Part shown: in pieces, positions 51,685 through 64,000 of the stretch
Numbering within the stretch: position 1 is the first letter of the stretch
How the letters are laid out: the number at the start of each line of letters is the position of its first letter
NCBI RefSeq assembly: GCF_001194135.2
Contig: NC_068992.1
Span: forward strand, 55,910,706 to 55,974,705
DNA length: 64,000 nt
Reading direction: 5' to 3'
Source of the DNA: Octopus bimaculoides
Taxonomy: Eukaryota
Position numbers and translations under genes: made by a program
Notes under the pieces: model-generated
Databases searched by the model: none
What the model was told of the DNA's origin: nothing
The model's input: only the letters and a program-made list of their open reading frames with translations

Positions 51685-51990
51685 ATGATGATGATGATCA
51701 TCATTGTTTAACGTCTGTTTTCCATGCTGTCATGGGTTGGACGGTTTGACTGACGTCTGGAAAGCCAGCAGCTGCACTAGGCTCCAATCTGATCTGGCAG
51801 TGTTTCTACAGCTGGATGCCCTTCTTAACACCAACCACTCCAAGAGTGTAGTGGGTGCTTTTTATGTACCACCGGCACAAGAGCCAGTCAGGCATGCACT
51901 GGCATTGATCACATTTGGATAGTGTTTTTTACATGCTGACCGGCATGGGAACCAGTCGGGGGGCACTGGCATCAGCCAAGTTCAGATGGT
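51685..51990 (-). mobile_element. RTE tail, antisense
   Basis: (ATC)n then gtttaacgtctgttttccatgc...ctacagctggatgcccttc. Confidence 0.85.
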
Positions 51991-52249
51991 GCTTTTTACA
52001 ACTATTAAGTTATTTTTTTTGATTATTTATTTTAATTATAAATTGTTTTTATTGCTGTCATTTCATATACACACAGCATCAATGTTTTTGTGTGAAGTCA
52101 TAAATTTTATTTTAGTCATTTAGATAGACTATACAGTAATCCTGGTTTATTATTTAAGCTTACATTGATTCCTCCATGGTGTTTTGCATTTATAATGAAA
52201 TGAATATATAAAAATAGTAAAAAAAAAAAAAAAAAATATACAGTACAGA

Positions 52250-52668
52250 NNNNNNNNNNNNNNNNNNNNNNNNNNNNNNNNNNNNNNNNNNNNNNNNNNN
52301 NNNNNNNNNNNNNNNNNNNNNNNNNNNNNNNNNNNNNNNNNNNNNNNNNNNNNNNNNNNNNNNNNNNNNNNNNNNNNNNNNNNNNNNNNNNNNNNNNNNN
52401 NNNNNNNNNNNNNNNNNNNNNNNNNNNNNNNNNNNNNNNNNNNNNNNNNNNNNNNNNNNNNNNNNNNNNNNNNNNNNNNNNNNNNNNNNNNNNNNNNNNN
52501 NNNNNNNNNNNNNNNNNNNNNNNNNNNNNNNNNNNNNNNNNNNNNNNNNNNNNNNNNNNNNNNNNNNNNNNNNNNNNNNNNNNNNNNNNNNNNNNNNNNN
52601 NNNNNNNNNNNNNNNNNNNNNNNNNNNNNNNNNNNNNNNNNNNNNNNNNNNNNNNNNNNNNNNNNNNN
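52250..52668. other. Assembly gap (others: 2054-2145, 3206-3735, 8668-8924, 10189-10744, 11573-12082, 44803-44812)
   Basis: N runs, most flanked by (TA)n or poly-A. Confidence 1.
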
Positions 52669-52672
52669 CTTA

Positions 52673-53042
52673 AGAGGCGCAATAGCCCAGTGGTTAGGGC
52701 AGCAGACTCGCGGTTTCGATTCCCAGACCGGGCGTTGTGAGTGTTTATTGAGCGAAAACACCTAAAAGCTCCACGAGGCTCCGGCAGGGGGTGGTGGTGA
52801 ACCCTGCTGTACTCTTTCACCACAACTTTCTCTCACTCTTACTTCCTGTTTCTGTTGTGCCTGTATTTCAAAGGGTCAGCCTTGTCACACTCCGTTTCAC
52901 GCTGAATATCCCCGAGAACTTCGTTAAGGGTACACGTGTCTGTGGAGTGCTCAGCCACTTGCACGTTAATTTCACGAGCAGGCTGTTCCGTTGATCAGAT
53001 CAACTGGAACCCTCGACGTCATAAGCGACGGAGTGCCAACAC
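52673..53042 (+). mobile_element. Young tRNA(Arg)-derived SINE
   Basis: A-box tagcccagtggttagg, gactcgcg anticodon remnant, B-box ggtttcgattccca; CpGs intact; (CA)n tail. Confidence 0.8.
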
Positions 53043-54626
53043 ACACATGCAATAACTCTTAAACATTCAAAGTTACTGTCAAATATAATGATTAGCTATC
53101 CACATAGATTTGAATTGGTCCTGCATTATTCTGTAGCTTCAAGATTTCAGTGATGTCTTTTATCTTTTATTTTCTGCAGTCATATTGTGACCATACTTGG
53201 GCACCGCCTTGAAGAATATTTATATTAATGAATCAAACCCAGTACTTTCTATCAGTCTCTTTTTGCCAATGTAAACACAACACCGATTGTCAAGCAATGG
53301 TGGACGACGAACGCAGAAACAGTTGTGTGTGTATATTTACACAGACTACAAGCTTCTTTCAGTTTCTGCCTACCAAATCCACTCGAGGCTTTGGTCGGTT
53401 TGAAGCTGTAGAAGACACTTGCTCAAGGTGCCACACTGCAGGACTGAACCCAAGAACCATGTGGTTGGGAAGTGAGCTTCTTACCACACCCGTGCCTGTG
53501 GCTGTTTATTTTTAGAATGACATTGAGTAGATGTAAGAGGCTGAATGTAGCCGGTTTGAACATAGAACCAGTAGAATAGATATGGGTCAGATATCATCAT
53601 TGTTCAACAGCTGCCTTCCATGCTGACATGGGTTGGACGGTTTGACAGGAGCCAGCCAGGTAGAAGCCTGCACCGTACTTCTGTGTCTGTTTTGGCATGG
53701 TTTTTATGGCTGGATACTCTTCTTACACCAACCACCCTGCAGAGTGGATTGAGTGCTCTTTACTTGGCAGCAGCACAGGTGAGGTCAGTTTTGGCATGGT
53801 TTTTACTGCTGGATGCCCTTCCAAATGCCAACCACTTCACAGTGTGGACTGAATGCTTTTTACATGCTACCGGCACTGGCAGGATCACCAAGTAACTTGC
53901 TAGACAAGAAATTTTGAGAGAGGGGGTATTGGAGGAGGTGATCTTGTGTCAGATGATGAAAGGTGACAGAGAGACAGAAACAGGTGTCTTGCTGTAGAGG
54001 AGGTACATGGTTACCAGGCCAGAGGGAGAGGAACAAGAAAGATGACAGAAACAGGTGTGCTGATGTAACGGAGGTACTTGGTTACCTAGCCAGAGGGGAA
54101 GAGAAAGAGAGAGAGTGATCAAGAATGAGAGCAGAAAATGCTAAAAGGTTAGTGGTTCTTTTTCAAGCCATTAACAATCTATTTTAGTAATCAATTCTAA
54201 AGTGCAAGGTTCATAAAACAGGAATTCTTTAATTCATACAGGGTTTTGGTGCATTAGAATTGTTAATTGTCTTTAAGTAACATTTTTAGTTAAATGTTTA
54301 TTAGGGATAAAAGGGAGGTTGATTTATGGAAAATCTCAGAACCTTGCAATCTTCCTTCCACTCAAGTATGTGACTAAGGTGGTTATTTGCTGTTGGAGAT
54401 TTTCTCAGGTGAAATATTGTGTAAATAAAGTTAAAATAGAGAAATTTAATTGTAAGGAATGGTTTTTATTTCATTGTTGAGATACCAGTTTTTGTTTTCG
54501 ACCACTCAGTTTTCTCATAAAAGAATTGTAAATAACTAGCTGCTAAACTTTCAAAACTTATAAGCTATTTAATTTAGTAACCTGAAATTAGTTTTGTTTT
54601 CCAAGTTCTGATTAGATAGAATTTGA

Positions 54627-54836
<210 letters not shown>

Positions 54837-54911
54837 TAGCTGCACTGTCAGATTCTAAACATGTATATATGTTCTACATTTTATCTTTTTTTTTTTTCTT
54901 CTTCTAATCAG

Positions 54912-55179
54912 GTTTTAAAGTTGCATACAAGACTTGGGAAACCAATTCCTTCAACTGATCCAGTTGTTGTGTCTCCTGGCCAAACTAGTGTTTCTACTGG
55001 AACTACTACTACAACCACTAAATCTCCTACTAGCCCTGTTTCGCAGACTGCTTCAGCTACTACGGGGTCTGTTTCTTCAGTTAAAACACTAAGCAAGGGC
55101 ACCACAGCAACTGCTACCAATACTGGTCAAGCTCAGACCGTCAAAAAAGTTATGGCTACTCCAAAAATAACGTTTGTTG
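54912..55179 (+). CDS. ZFR: ZFR exon (VLKLHTRLGKPIPSTDP...TPKITFV)
   Basis: ctaatcag|gtt ... gttg|gtgagt; matches VVKLHTKLGKPIPSTEP and TPKINFVG of ZFR. Confidence 0.96.
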
Positions 55180-55599
55180 GTGAGTAAACTATTCTTAGTG
55201 ATTTTGTATGGTTTTGTTTTTCTTTTTCTTACAGAAATACAAATGTTATTGATTTGGCCATATTTCCTGCAAATTTTTTTATTATGCTAAGTTCACTGAG
55301 CCACAAATATCTGTGTTATATTCTTTAGAGTCATTAAAGTAAGGAATGTTTGTAATGGTATGATTACTGATTAATTTGATTTGGTTAATTAGCAATCTTC
55401 TGTTATGATACTCTCAGAAGTGTCTCTTGGATAAGCATGTAGAGTGGGGGCTCTCATATTTACTGGATTTAAACCCTCCATAGTACTCTTATAAGATCCA
55501 GTGTGAAGTTTTTTGGAAGTTCATATACTCCATAAATTAGATTCAAGTTCCATAGGTAATTGCATCATTACTAGTAGCTTTTAACCCTTTAGCATTCCC

Positions 55600-56165
55600 A
55601 TTCCTTTGGGGTATTTTGATATAGAGACACTACAGCAGAAATTGAAGGGATTCCCATGTGAATTAGGACATAGAACTATGTCAGCATATGCAGACAATAC
55701 CACCACCATAGTGTCACACATCAAGCACATAGATCTGGTCGGCAGTGCTTAAAAGAGTATGCAACGGTGACAGGAGCAAAAATGAACCAAGAAAATTTTG
55801 GGGGTGGGGGGGCTATGGGTAATTTCATTTCTAGAAATCCTTGGCTTAGCAGTGGTGGGGCATTGCCAGTTAGGGGTAAATCCTACAAGACAGTCGCCTT
55901 CCTTTTTGGGGAAGCCCTCATCAGCTTTTTCAAGTTTCACTTGAAAAGGTAAGCGAGGGAAGTGTTGCCTCTCAGCAATTTTGCTAAAGGGTGGGTGAAT
56001 GTTGCAAGAATGGTCCAGGCTAATGGTCCTACTCTAAGCAAGTGCCTGTAGGTTGAAAGAGGACGATGTGGAGAGGGTACTTGCTCTAGGGGTCAGAGCA
56101 GCTGTGGTTTTGTGGAGTTTCCATGATCAGCACTAGGAAGTCTCTTTTTTTGCAGGGAATTATTT
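55600..56165 (+). mobile_element. L1/Tx1-clade LINE RT fragment
   Basis: ETLQQKLKGFPCELGHRTMSAYADNTTTIVSHIKHIDLVG..KEYATVTGAKMNQE (YADD-like and TGAKIN motifs). Confidence 0.75.
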
Positions 56166-56538
56166 GTTATAATTTTATGTTACTGTCTTTTATTCTTTAT
56201 GCGTGTTTTATGTAACTCCTTATTGTATTGTCTTGTACCAGCCCCAGTGTTTTTTATAAACCCTTAGTGGTTAATAAAGCAAACATTATTATTGTTAAGG
56301 TGGGGCTCTGGCAGAATCGTTAGCATGCCAAGCAAAATGCATAGTGGCATTTTGTCTTTCTACATTATATGTTCAAACTCTACCGGTGTTGACTTGCCTT
56401 TCATCCTGTCAGGATCGATAAAATAAATACCAGTTGAACACTGACGTTAATGATTTGAAACCATTATTATTATTATTCGGACTTAGTGCCTATAATAGAA
56501 AGAATTATTATTTCTTTCTTTCTTTCTGTGTATTTTAG

Positions 56539-56637
56539 GCGGTGCCCAACTTAAGACAACAGGGGCTAAAGCAGATGAACTGAAAGTTGAGAAATTAGAA
56601 GTGAAAACAGAGCCTAGTGCAACAACTGAGACTGAAC
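56539..56637 (+). CDS. ZFR: ZFR exon (GGAQLKTTGAKADELKVEKLEVKTEPSATTETE)
   Basis: tattttag|gc ... gaac|gtaagt; 99 nt, phase 1-1; matches GGNKLQSTGNKAE. Confidence 0.92.
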
Positions 56638-56741
56638 GTAAGTGATATTTCAGGCTTGCTTTTAAATCCTTAAACACTGCAACAACTTTGAAATTTATGC
56701 TGAAATATATTCATTTATTTATTTACTGTTTTGTCGTTTAG

Positions 56742-56804
56742 CAACTAAGACTGATATGGAAGAGAAGTTGAATCTTCTTGGGGAGAAAGATTTTATGCCT
56801 GTTG
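56742..56804 (+). CDS. ZFR: ZFR exon (PTKTDMEEKLNLLGEKDFMPV)
   Basis: gtttag|ca ... gttg|gtaagt; 63 nt, phase 1-1; ends in the D-x-x-P-V-G motif preceding ZnF3. Confidence 0.9.
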
Positions 56805-57721
56805 GTAAGTGCCTTTTTTTTTAAAATTTTTATTTATTTATTTAGTTGCTAAATAGCTGGGATGATTTTCTAATATCTTTGAATTCCAAAGAAACTGAAA
56901 TATCCACTCAACATACCATGTTTAGAATAAAATGGTAGGCACAGGCAAGGTTGTGTGGTAAGAAGTTTACTTCCCAACCATATGGTCTCAGGTTCAATCC
57001 CACTACATGGCAGCTTGGGTGTCTATTACTATAGCCCCAGGCTAGTCAAAGCCTTGTGAGTAGATTTAGTAGATGGAAACTGAAAGAAGCCCATCATGCA
57101 GACACTGTCCTTCATTTCCAATCTTCCATGAAAACATGTCTGGTCATTGAGAATATCATCTTGCTTAGAAACAGGTGATGGTTGGCAACAGGAGGAGCAT
57201 CCAGCTGTAGAAAATTCACCTCAACAAATTTTGAATGCAAGAATGGAGATGGACGTGGATGTTAAATGATGGTGATGATGATGTAGATCATTTCTGTGGC
57301 CAATAAGAGATCTCCTAAAAGTATCTTTCGGCTGCCTTTATTATTTCAATGATATTGTTTTTACATCTGCATTATCCATATTTGTTGGATGAGATTTATT
57401 AAGGCTGTATTCTACGGCCACATACTATTCTTGTTGCAAGTGAGTGAGTTGGAGTTGAGTCCACTTCTGGCCTTTCATTGGCATGTGGAGAACACACAAT
57501 ATACAACCTGTAAAAGTGCCAAAGCATTAAAAAAATTAACTGTTAGAGATTAAGTATCTTAGAAATGTATCTCATCTTTCAACCCTCTGAAAGCACTATA
57601 ATTTCCTAATAGGCCATCTCATTAAGATGAGTTAAATTTCAGTTTATTAATTAGATATTTGCATAAACGTCTTTACAAACAGCAGCAGTTCAATATCAAA
57701 ATAGGAGTAATAATTTCCCAG

Positions 57722-57869
57722 GTCGTTAGGAAGGGCATCCAGCTGTAGAAACTCTGCCAAATCAGATTGGAGCCTGGTGTAGCCATCTGGTTTCACCAGT
57801 CCTCAGTCAAATCGTCCAACCCATGCTAGCATGGAAAGCGGACGTTAAACGACGATGATGATGATGATG
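57722..57869 (+). mobile_element. Very young 5'-truncated RTE tail
   Basis: Near-identical to the tails at 5453-5577 and 49728-49850, ends (GAT)n. Confidence 0.9.
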
Positions 57870-58356
57870 TTGAATGAAGCATGCACATTCTCATACCCGA
57901 GGTCACAGTTTAATCTAACTTAGTTAATGTACAGTCCTCTGGCTTGCCAGTTTGACAGGAGTTGGTGGGCCAAGAGACTGCATCAAGCTCTACTGTCAAC
58001 TTTGGCATTGCTTCTGCGACTGGATGCCCTTCTTAATCCCAACCACTTTACAGAGTGTACCATGCCAAAGTAAAGAGCTGAACCTGGCATAGTCCTCTGG
58101 CTCACCAGCTCCAGTCAAACCGTCCAACTCATGCCAGCATAGAAAACAGGCATCAAATGGTGATGATAAAAACATTTCTGTTAATTTACCCCTTTAGCGA
58201 ATGTAATGCTTATCATGCATTATATTATCTTGTAGTTTTGAGATTTTAATGAAGTAAGTTTATTTTTAGAATGACATTGTAGGGTAGGTGTGAGAAGCCA
58301 GATATGGCCAGTTTCAATACTAAAGGGTTGATAATCTCTTTTGACTGTGTTTCTAA

Positions 58357-58524
<168 letters not shown>

Positions 58525-58666
58525 TAGAATTACATTGAGAGAATTGTTTCCTTCAGTTGCTACCACGCACACACACTCACACACATACAAACACTTACAG
58601 TGATGCTTGTAAATGTCTAATCAAACACTATATTTATTTTTTTTTACCTTGATTTATTTTTTAAAG

Positions 58667-58812
58667 AAAAAAGTTGACCCCAACCTTCAAGTAGAAGTGA
58701 AACCAAGTATTCGTGCGCGAAAGATTCAAGAAGATAAATTACGCCGACAGACTCAAAAAGAAGAGTTTTGGAGACGAAGAGAGGCTGAGGATCGCTGGCG
58801 CGAGGAGATGCG
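58667..58812 (+). CDS. ZFR: ZFR exon ([49 protein letters not shown])
   Basis: ttttttaaag|aaa ... atgcg|gtgggt; phase 0 to 2; strong ZFR match. Confidence 0.96.
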
Positions 58813-59408
58813 GTGGGTGTGATAGCATTTTAAAAGCTGCTTTGTTTTTCAGGTGTTTTAGTCTGCTTATATTTTTAATATTGGTATCACATGAGGACCT
58901 TTTGGTTCTAGAATGTGCCATGTAACAACAGATATTGGTGTCTGTTCCCTGGAGAGACACTCAACTTATTTGGGGCTAATATGTCTAATATCTTAGAGTT
59001 GATTCACATAATTGTACCTCCATCGAATGGAGATAAATTCCGAGCAAGTTAAAAATGTAGAATTAGTGGGGTTTTCTTTTTTGTTTTTTGTTTTTTTTTG
59101 TGAGAGAAAAATCTATGTGGTTACTCAATTTTGCTACTAAAAATAGCAGCTAAATCTGCTATTTTAGAAATAGGAGGTATTTGGATAATATAGTCTAGAA
59201 ATTGATAAATTGGTCAGCTTTTGATCTTAGTTCTACTCCTTCAGGGCTGACCCAGGCATAAACAGTGTGATAAGAAGGGTAATTTTACACACTACGCTGT
59301 AATTTTGGGTCCACATGGTTTGCGTTTAAAATACAATCACAACAGATTTCACACCTGTATTATTGGTTATTGACTATTTTGATGTTATTGCTAAATTTGC
59401 TGTTTCAG

Positions 59409-59571
59409 AATGGAAGAGGAAATGTATTGGGGAGAAAGACGACATTTTGAAGAGATAGACTATTACTCTCAGTGGCACCGTCGACCTGGCCATCCAGCTG
59501 CTCCTATGCCCCCTCCTCCCTTTCCACAACGTCCTGGTGCCAGCGGCCCTCTTGGTGTTGGTGCTTCTACA
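59409..59571 (+). CDS. ZFR: ZFR exon (MEEEMYWGERRHFEEIDYYSQWHRRPGHP...GVGAST)
   Basis: tgtttcag|a ... aca|gtatgt; phase 2 to 0; Pro/Gly-rich linker. Confidence 0.92.
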
Positions 59572-59683
59572 GTATGTATTTTGCTTACTTCCTTTTTTGC
59601 GTTTCTCTTTTGTATTTAGATGTGAGAGTATTCACAGTCTGGATTGTCAATTTTGTTTTGATCCTCGTTTTCTTACTTTGCAG

Positions 59684-59761
59684 CATTTGCGGAAACCAGA
59701 GTCCTCAGATGATAGACATGTCATGGCTAAACACACCAGCATATATCCAACTGAAATAGAA
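59684..59761 (+). CDS. ZFR: ZFR exon, start of DZF domain (HLRKPESSDDRHVMAKHTSIYPTEIE)
   Basis: actttgcag|cat ... gaa|gtaagg; matches [24 protein letters not shown]. Confidence 0.96.
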
Positions 59762-60076
59762 GTAAGGATTGTTATTTATATATATATATATATATCTTAG
59801 AATTTTTTTTAAGCCCTCATTACTCTAAACATTGTAAACAGCTAAATTGAAATCTTGAAATCCCAGTTTAATAAGTGCAAAATGTTGCTGGCTTCTAGTT
59901 TGAATTAATACCATGATGGTTAAATTTTTATAGTGTGTTAGGACAAGCTCTATATGCTGTCACCATGAATAAAAGTTTAGAAAATATTAATGGTTAAAGT
60001 AAACTGCCTGTGTAAAATCAATAGAAGTGTTTTATTTGAAAATTAATTATTTCCGTTCTTTTAATTTTTGTATTAG

Positions 60077-60150
60077 CTTCAGGCTGTTCAGAATATTGTG
60101 TCGGCATGTGAAAAAGCATTGAAGTTTGTTTCCGATCATTTGGCAGAAAG
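60077..60150 (+). CDS. ZFR: ZFR exon, DZF (LQAVQNIVSACEKALKFVSDHLAE)
   Basis: tgtattag|ctt ... gaaag|gtatgt; matches [20 protein letters not shown]. Confidence 0.96.
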
Positions 60151-60291
60151 GTATGTGTATAATAACTATTTCAGAAATAATTTCGGATTTTCACAATGTA
60201 TGAACAAAATATTTTAAAATTATATTTAAAAGTATTTTAACGTTTCAGTTTTTTTTCTAATTCAATTTTTTTTTTCTTTTCTGTTGTTTAG

Positions 60292-60360
60292 TGACTTTAG
60301 TCCAAAGACAGAAGAAATTTCAGTGAAAGAAGTGAAAAAAGAAGGAGCAGCAAAAGACGG
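60292..60360 (+). CDS. ZFR: ZFR exon, charged linker (SDFSPKTEEISVKEVKKEGAAKDG)
   Basis: long pyrimidine tract, gtttag|t ... gacgg|gtaaca; 69 nt, phase 2-2. Confidence 0.85.
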
Positions 60361-60390
60361 GTAACAATATACTTTTATCAGTTCTATTAA

Positions 60391-60672
<282 letters not shown>

Positions 60673-60844
60673 TAACAAATTCTTTTTAAATACTATAGGT
60701 TGAGGAACGCTAGTCAAGTGAATTGTCTTCGGTGTATTACTGGTATTATTTTATAAAGTAAAATAAACTTGACCGTAGGATGACTTTTCACCAAATACTG
60801 AAATTACCTGCATTGTTTAACCTTTTAGCATTTATTCTTTTACT

Positions 60845-61212
60845 CTTGTACTTGTTTCAGTCATTTGACTGTGGCCATGCTGGAGCACCGCCTTTAGTCA
60901 AGCAAATCAACCCCAGGACTTATTCTTTGTAAGCCTGGTACTTACTCTATCGGTCTCTTTTGCCGAACTGCTAAGTTACGGGGACGTAAACACACCAGCA
61001 TCGGTTGTCAAGCGATGTTGGGAGGGCAAACACACATACATATATACGACGGGCTTCTTTCAGTTTCCATCTACCAAATCCACTCACAAGGCTTTGGTCA
61101 GCCCAAGGCTATAGTAGAAGACACTTGCCCAAGGTGCCACGCAGTGGGACTGAACCCGGAACCCTGTGGTTGGTAAGCAAGCGACTTACCACACAGCAAC
61201 TCCTGTGCCTAT
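60845..61212 (-). mobile_element. Full-length SINE family A, antisense
   Basis: High identity to 345-656. Confidence 0.9.
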
Positions 61213-62380
61213 ATTTAGATTACTTTGTCAAATGTATTGTTATCATCATCATTTAGCATCTGCTTTCCATGCTGACATGGGTTAGATAGTTTGATTGGAA
61301 CTGGTAAGCACCAAGTTCCAGTCTGATTCAGCATGGTTTCTACAGCTGGATACCCTTCCTAACGCCAACCACTCCAAGAGTGTAATGGATACTTTTTATG
61401 TGCTGCCTGCATTGGTGACAGTTATGTGACACTGGCATCAGCCACATCTACAATTTCACTTAGCTTCACAGATCTTCTCAAGCACTACATATTGCCGAAA
61501 TCTTGGTCACTTATCATTGCCTCCATGAGGTCCAACGTTGGAAGGGTTCTTTTTACATGCCACTGGCATGGGTGTCGGTTGTGTAATGCTTATCTATCCA
61601 CATTGTTTTGAATTTATCCTGCATTATCTTGTAATGTTGAGATTTCAATGATGTGGTTGTTTATGTTCAAAGTTACGTTGTCAGGTAGGTGTGAGATGCC
61701 AGATCTGGCCAGTTTGAACATAAAGCAAGTAGAATATTTTGGCCAGATCTAGTCAGTTTGAATGCTAAAGGGTTAAAGGTTGTAAATTTATCTTCATTTC
61801 TTCCTGTATTACTCTCATTAATGTATCTATCCACCCAACCATCCTCTATTCTCTCTCTAATCATCTTCTACCTTGTTTCCACCATCCTTTCTTTCATTTT
61901 TGCTGGAGTAGCTGTTTATCTCCTCTGCAGCTAAACCTGTTCTTGTCTGTCTGTCTGTCTTACTCTAGCCTCTCTACACTTGGCACAAAGCCACCTCCCT
62001 TAATTCTGCACCCCCACTCTATCAAGGGGTTTTGTCTTGCAAGTTACTTGGTGGCCTCAGTAGTATTGAGAAAATAGCACCTAGTACACTTTGGAAAGTG
62101 GTTGGCCGACAATTGTAACCAATGCAGCCCTTAGGCTAGTTGGATCCAGTCAAACTGTCCAACCTGTGCTAGCTTGCCAGTTCCTGTCGAACCATACAGC
62201 CCGTGCCAGCACGGAAAACAGACATTAACTGATGATTGATACATGACACTATTGCTTTAGATCAAACATTTTCTGACTTCTTTTAAATAAAAATTAGGAT
62301 GTTGTTAACGTTACTCACCTATCTAATATTGGTAACCAATATAATTGTTGCTGTAAAACTAAGTGCATTTTGATTTCCAG

Positions 62381-62522
62381 ACTGTCACAGATGAAAATTA
62401 CGAACTGAGACGGTGTGTTGAAGAAGCTGCTATAATTGTGACCAGTGAGAAAGAACCCAAAACTTCTTGTACAGTCACTTTAACTTCACCAGTGATGAGG
62501 GAAACTAACTTATCTGAAGGAG
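62381..62522 (+). CDS. ZFR: ZFR exon, DZF (TVTDENYELRRCVEEAAIIVTSEKEPKTSCTVTLTSPVMRETNLSEG)
   Basis: gatttccag|act ... ggag|gtaacc; matches [27 protein letters not shown]. Confidence 0.96.
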
Positions 62523-64000
62523 GTAACCAAGATGTGCTACTAGTGACAAACTTCTCTAAACTTGTCTTCCACTTCATAAGTGCCATCTGGATTATTTCTT
62601 GTTTCTAAATTTTCTTTAAAATTTAGATACTTTTTCATCACATTGATTTTTTTTTACTTGAAATTATTAAAGTTTACTTGCTTTCTGAATATAGGCCTTC
62701 ATAATTCTACCAGATAGCTAATTGATTAGGTGGTATTAATTTTTTTTTATTATTTAATGTAGCTGAGATAACATTTTCTAGTTGAAGATTTGATGCTACA
62801 TTTGAAAGGACCTAGGTTTTCTTTATGATGAAATATTTTAGGAAATTCTAATGAGGGTAGAAGAATAGTAGAATTTTAGTTATTCTGTGTACTCATAACT
62901 TTAGGGTTGAATTAACCCCTAGATTAATTTGACGTTGTTGCTAACTGTAGAGTTAGCAACTCTACGTGTACTAAATGTTGTTCTGTGAACTCTGAAAGTT
63001 TTGCAGCTGGAAATAGTGAAATTAAATTTTAGAATTGTAATTGGTCACAGATTGATATATTTTTGTCTTAGTTGTCTTTAAAGATCTTTTTTTTTTTTTG
63101 TTAGCATTTGATATATATGCCTTGTGACTGACTCTTTTCTTTTTACAGGCAGGAGAAAATACTAATTTATTACAAATCTCTTCCCCCACAAACAAACATA
63201 CACATACACGCACATGTATGTATGCACATAGAGAGAACTAGGAGCTATATATTGATTAATACTTATTTTTATTTTTTTTTTTTTTTTGTGCTTAGAATAT
63301 TGAGATTGTATTCTCAATGGTTTTGATTTATATCCTTAGCGTTTTAGTCTATTTAATTCTCCACATTTAACGATAGGCTCTGAAACTACCCATAAATTGC
63401 AACCAAACAAGAGATGAAAATTTCAGGAACATTCTCTTTATGTATCTAGAAAAACAAAAGTAAATTTATTTTATAAATTTCATCTGTTGTGTTTATATTT
63501 TTAGAAATAGTATAATTAGCAAGAAAAAAATTACTTTGTTTTTTTCTTTGTTTTTTTTTTTTTTAATTTAATTACCTTTTATTTTTCAAAGCTTTTGAAA
63601 TGATTACATGCAGCTACTGTCTAAAAATAATATATTTCTCAGGAAATTATTGCTAATGTAACACAAGCCGGACCGATCCATTTTCCATTTGTATGCAATA
63701 TACATTGTGGTATCAACAGATCCTTTACTGGGTCAACAGCTACAATCAAAGGCTTGAGAAGTAAAGTCAGACCTGAGAACATTGAGCTTATTCTTGAGAG
63801 GTTTGTCCATAAAAGACTGAAGTTATTTATTCATTAGATCTCAGTGGGTATGGAAGTTTTGTCAAACCATTTGTGAAATTACACCAGAGAATAAACTGCT
63901 ATGTATGGAATTTTATTATTTTTTTTCTTTCCCAACGGAGGAGAGCTTGAGTGTAACAAATCTGAATTGAAGTAAACTGTGGTAAATTATTGTTTTCCGA

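Noticed and set aside
52673-52745. tRNA-Arg gene
   Set aside because: Anticodon/variable region is deleted, there is no acceptor stem or T-terminator, and it continues into a SINE body.
54309-54365. Candidate for the missing finger 1 exon (ag|ggataa...ctcaa|gtatgt)
   Set aside because: Encodes no CxxC and the phase does not fit.

Overview
Eukaryotic, AT-rich, gapped scaffold (7 N-runs). The (TA)n/(GAT)n microsatellites and the SINE, RTE and MITE families look like an octopus genome (inference; possibly Octopus bimaculoides). The one identifiable protein-coding gene is ZFR (zinc finger RNA-binding protein; Zn72D orthologue) on the + strand. Fifteen coding exons between 46652 and 62522 join in frame with GT-AG sites. 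They encode the Ala/Thr/Tyr-rich N-terminus, dsRNA-binding C2H2 fingers and the first part of the DZF domain; the gene runs past the right edge. One obligatory exon (first half of finger 1) is absent from the called sequence and probably lies in the gap at 52250-52668. A CpG-retaining block at about 7-14 kb probably holds the ZFR promoter/leader and a divergent, unidentified minus-strand transcript. About 34 kb of probable 5' intron follows, filled with decayed transposons (mariner x2, hAT, Tigger/pogo, piggyBac-type MITEs, RTE, CRE, SINEs). Best leads: a near-perfect 82-bp intronic hairpin (23278-23450), inverted repeat pairs bracketing ZFR exons (possible dsRNA/circRNA in a gene for an A-to-I editing regulator), a one-sided orientation bias of about 9 MITE copies, and TE-free CpG-retaining blocks in the long intron. 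No prokaryote-type system (CRISPR etc.) is present. Repeat boundaries are approximate and family calls come from recalled motifs, not database searches.
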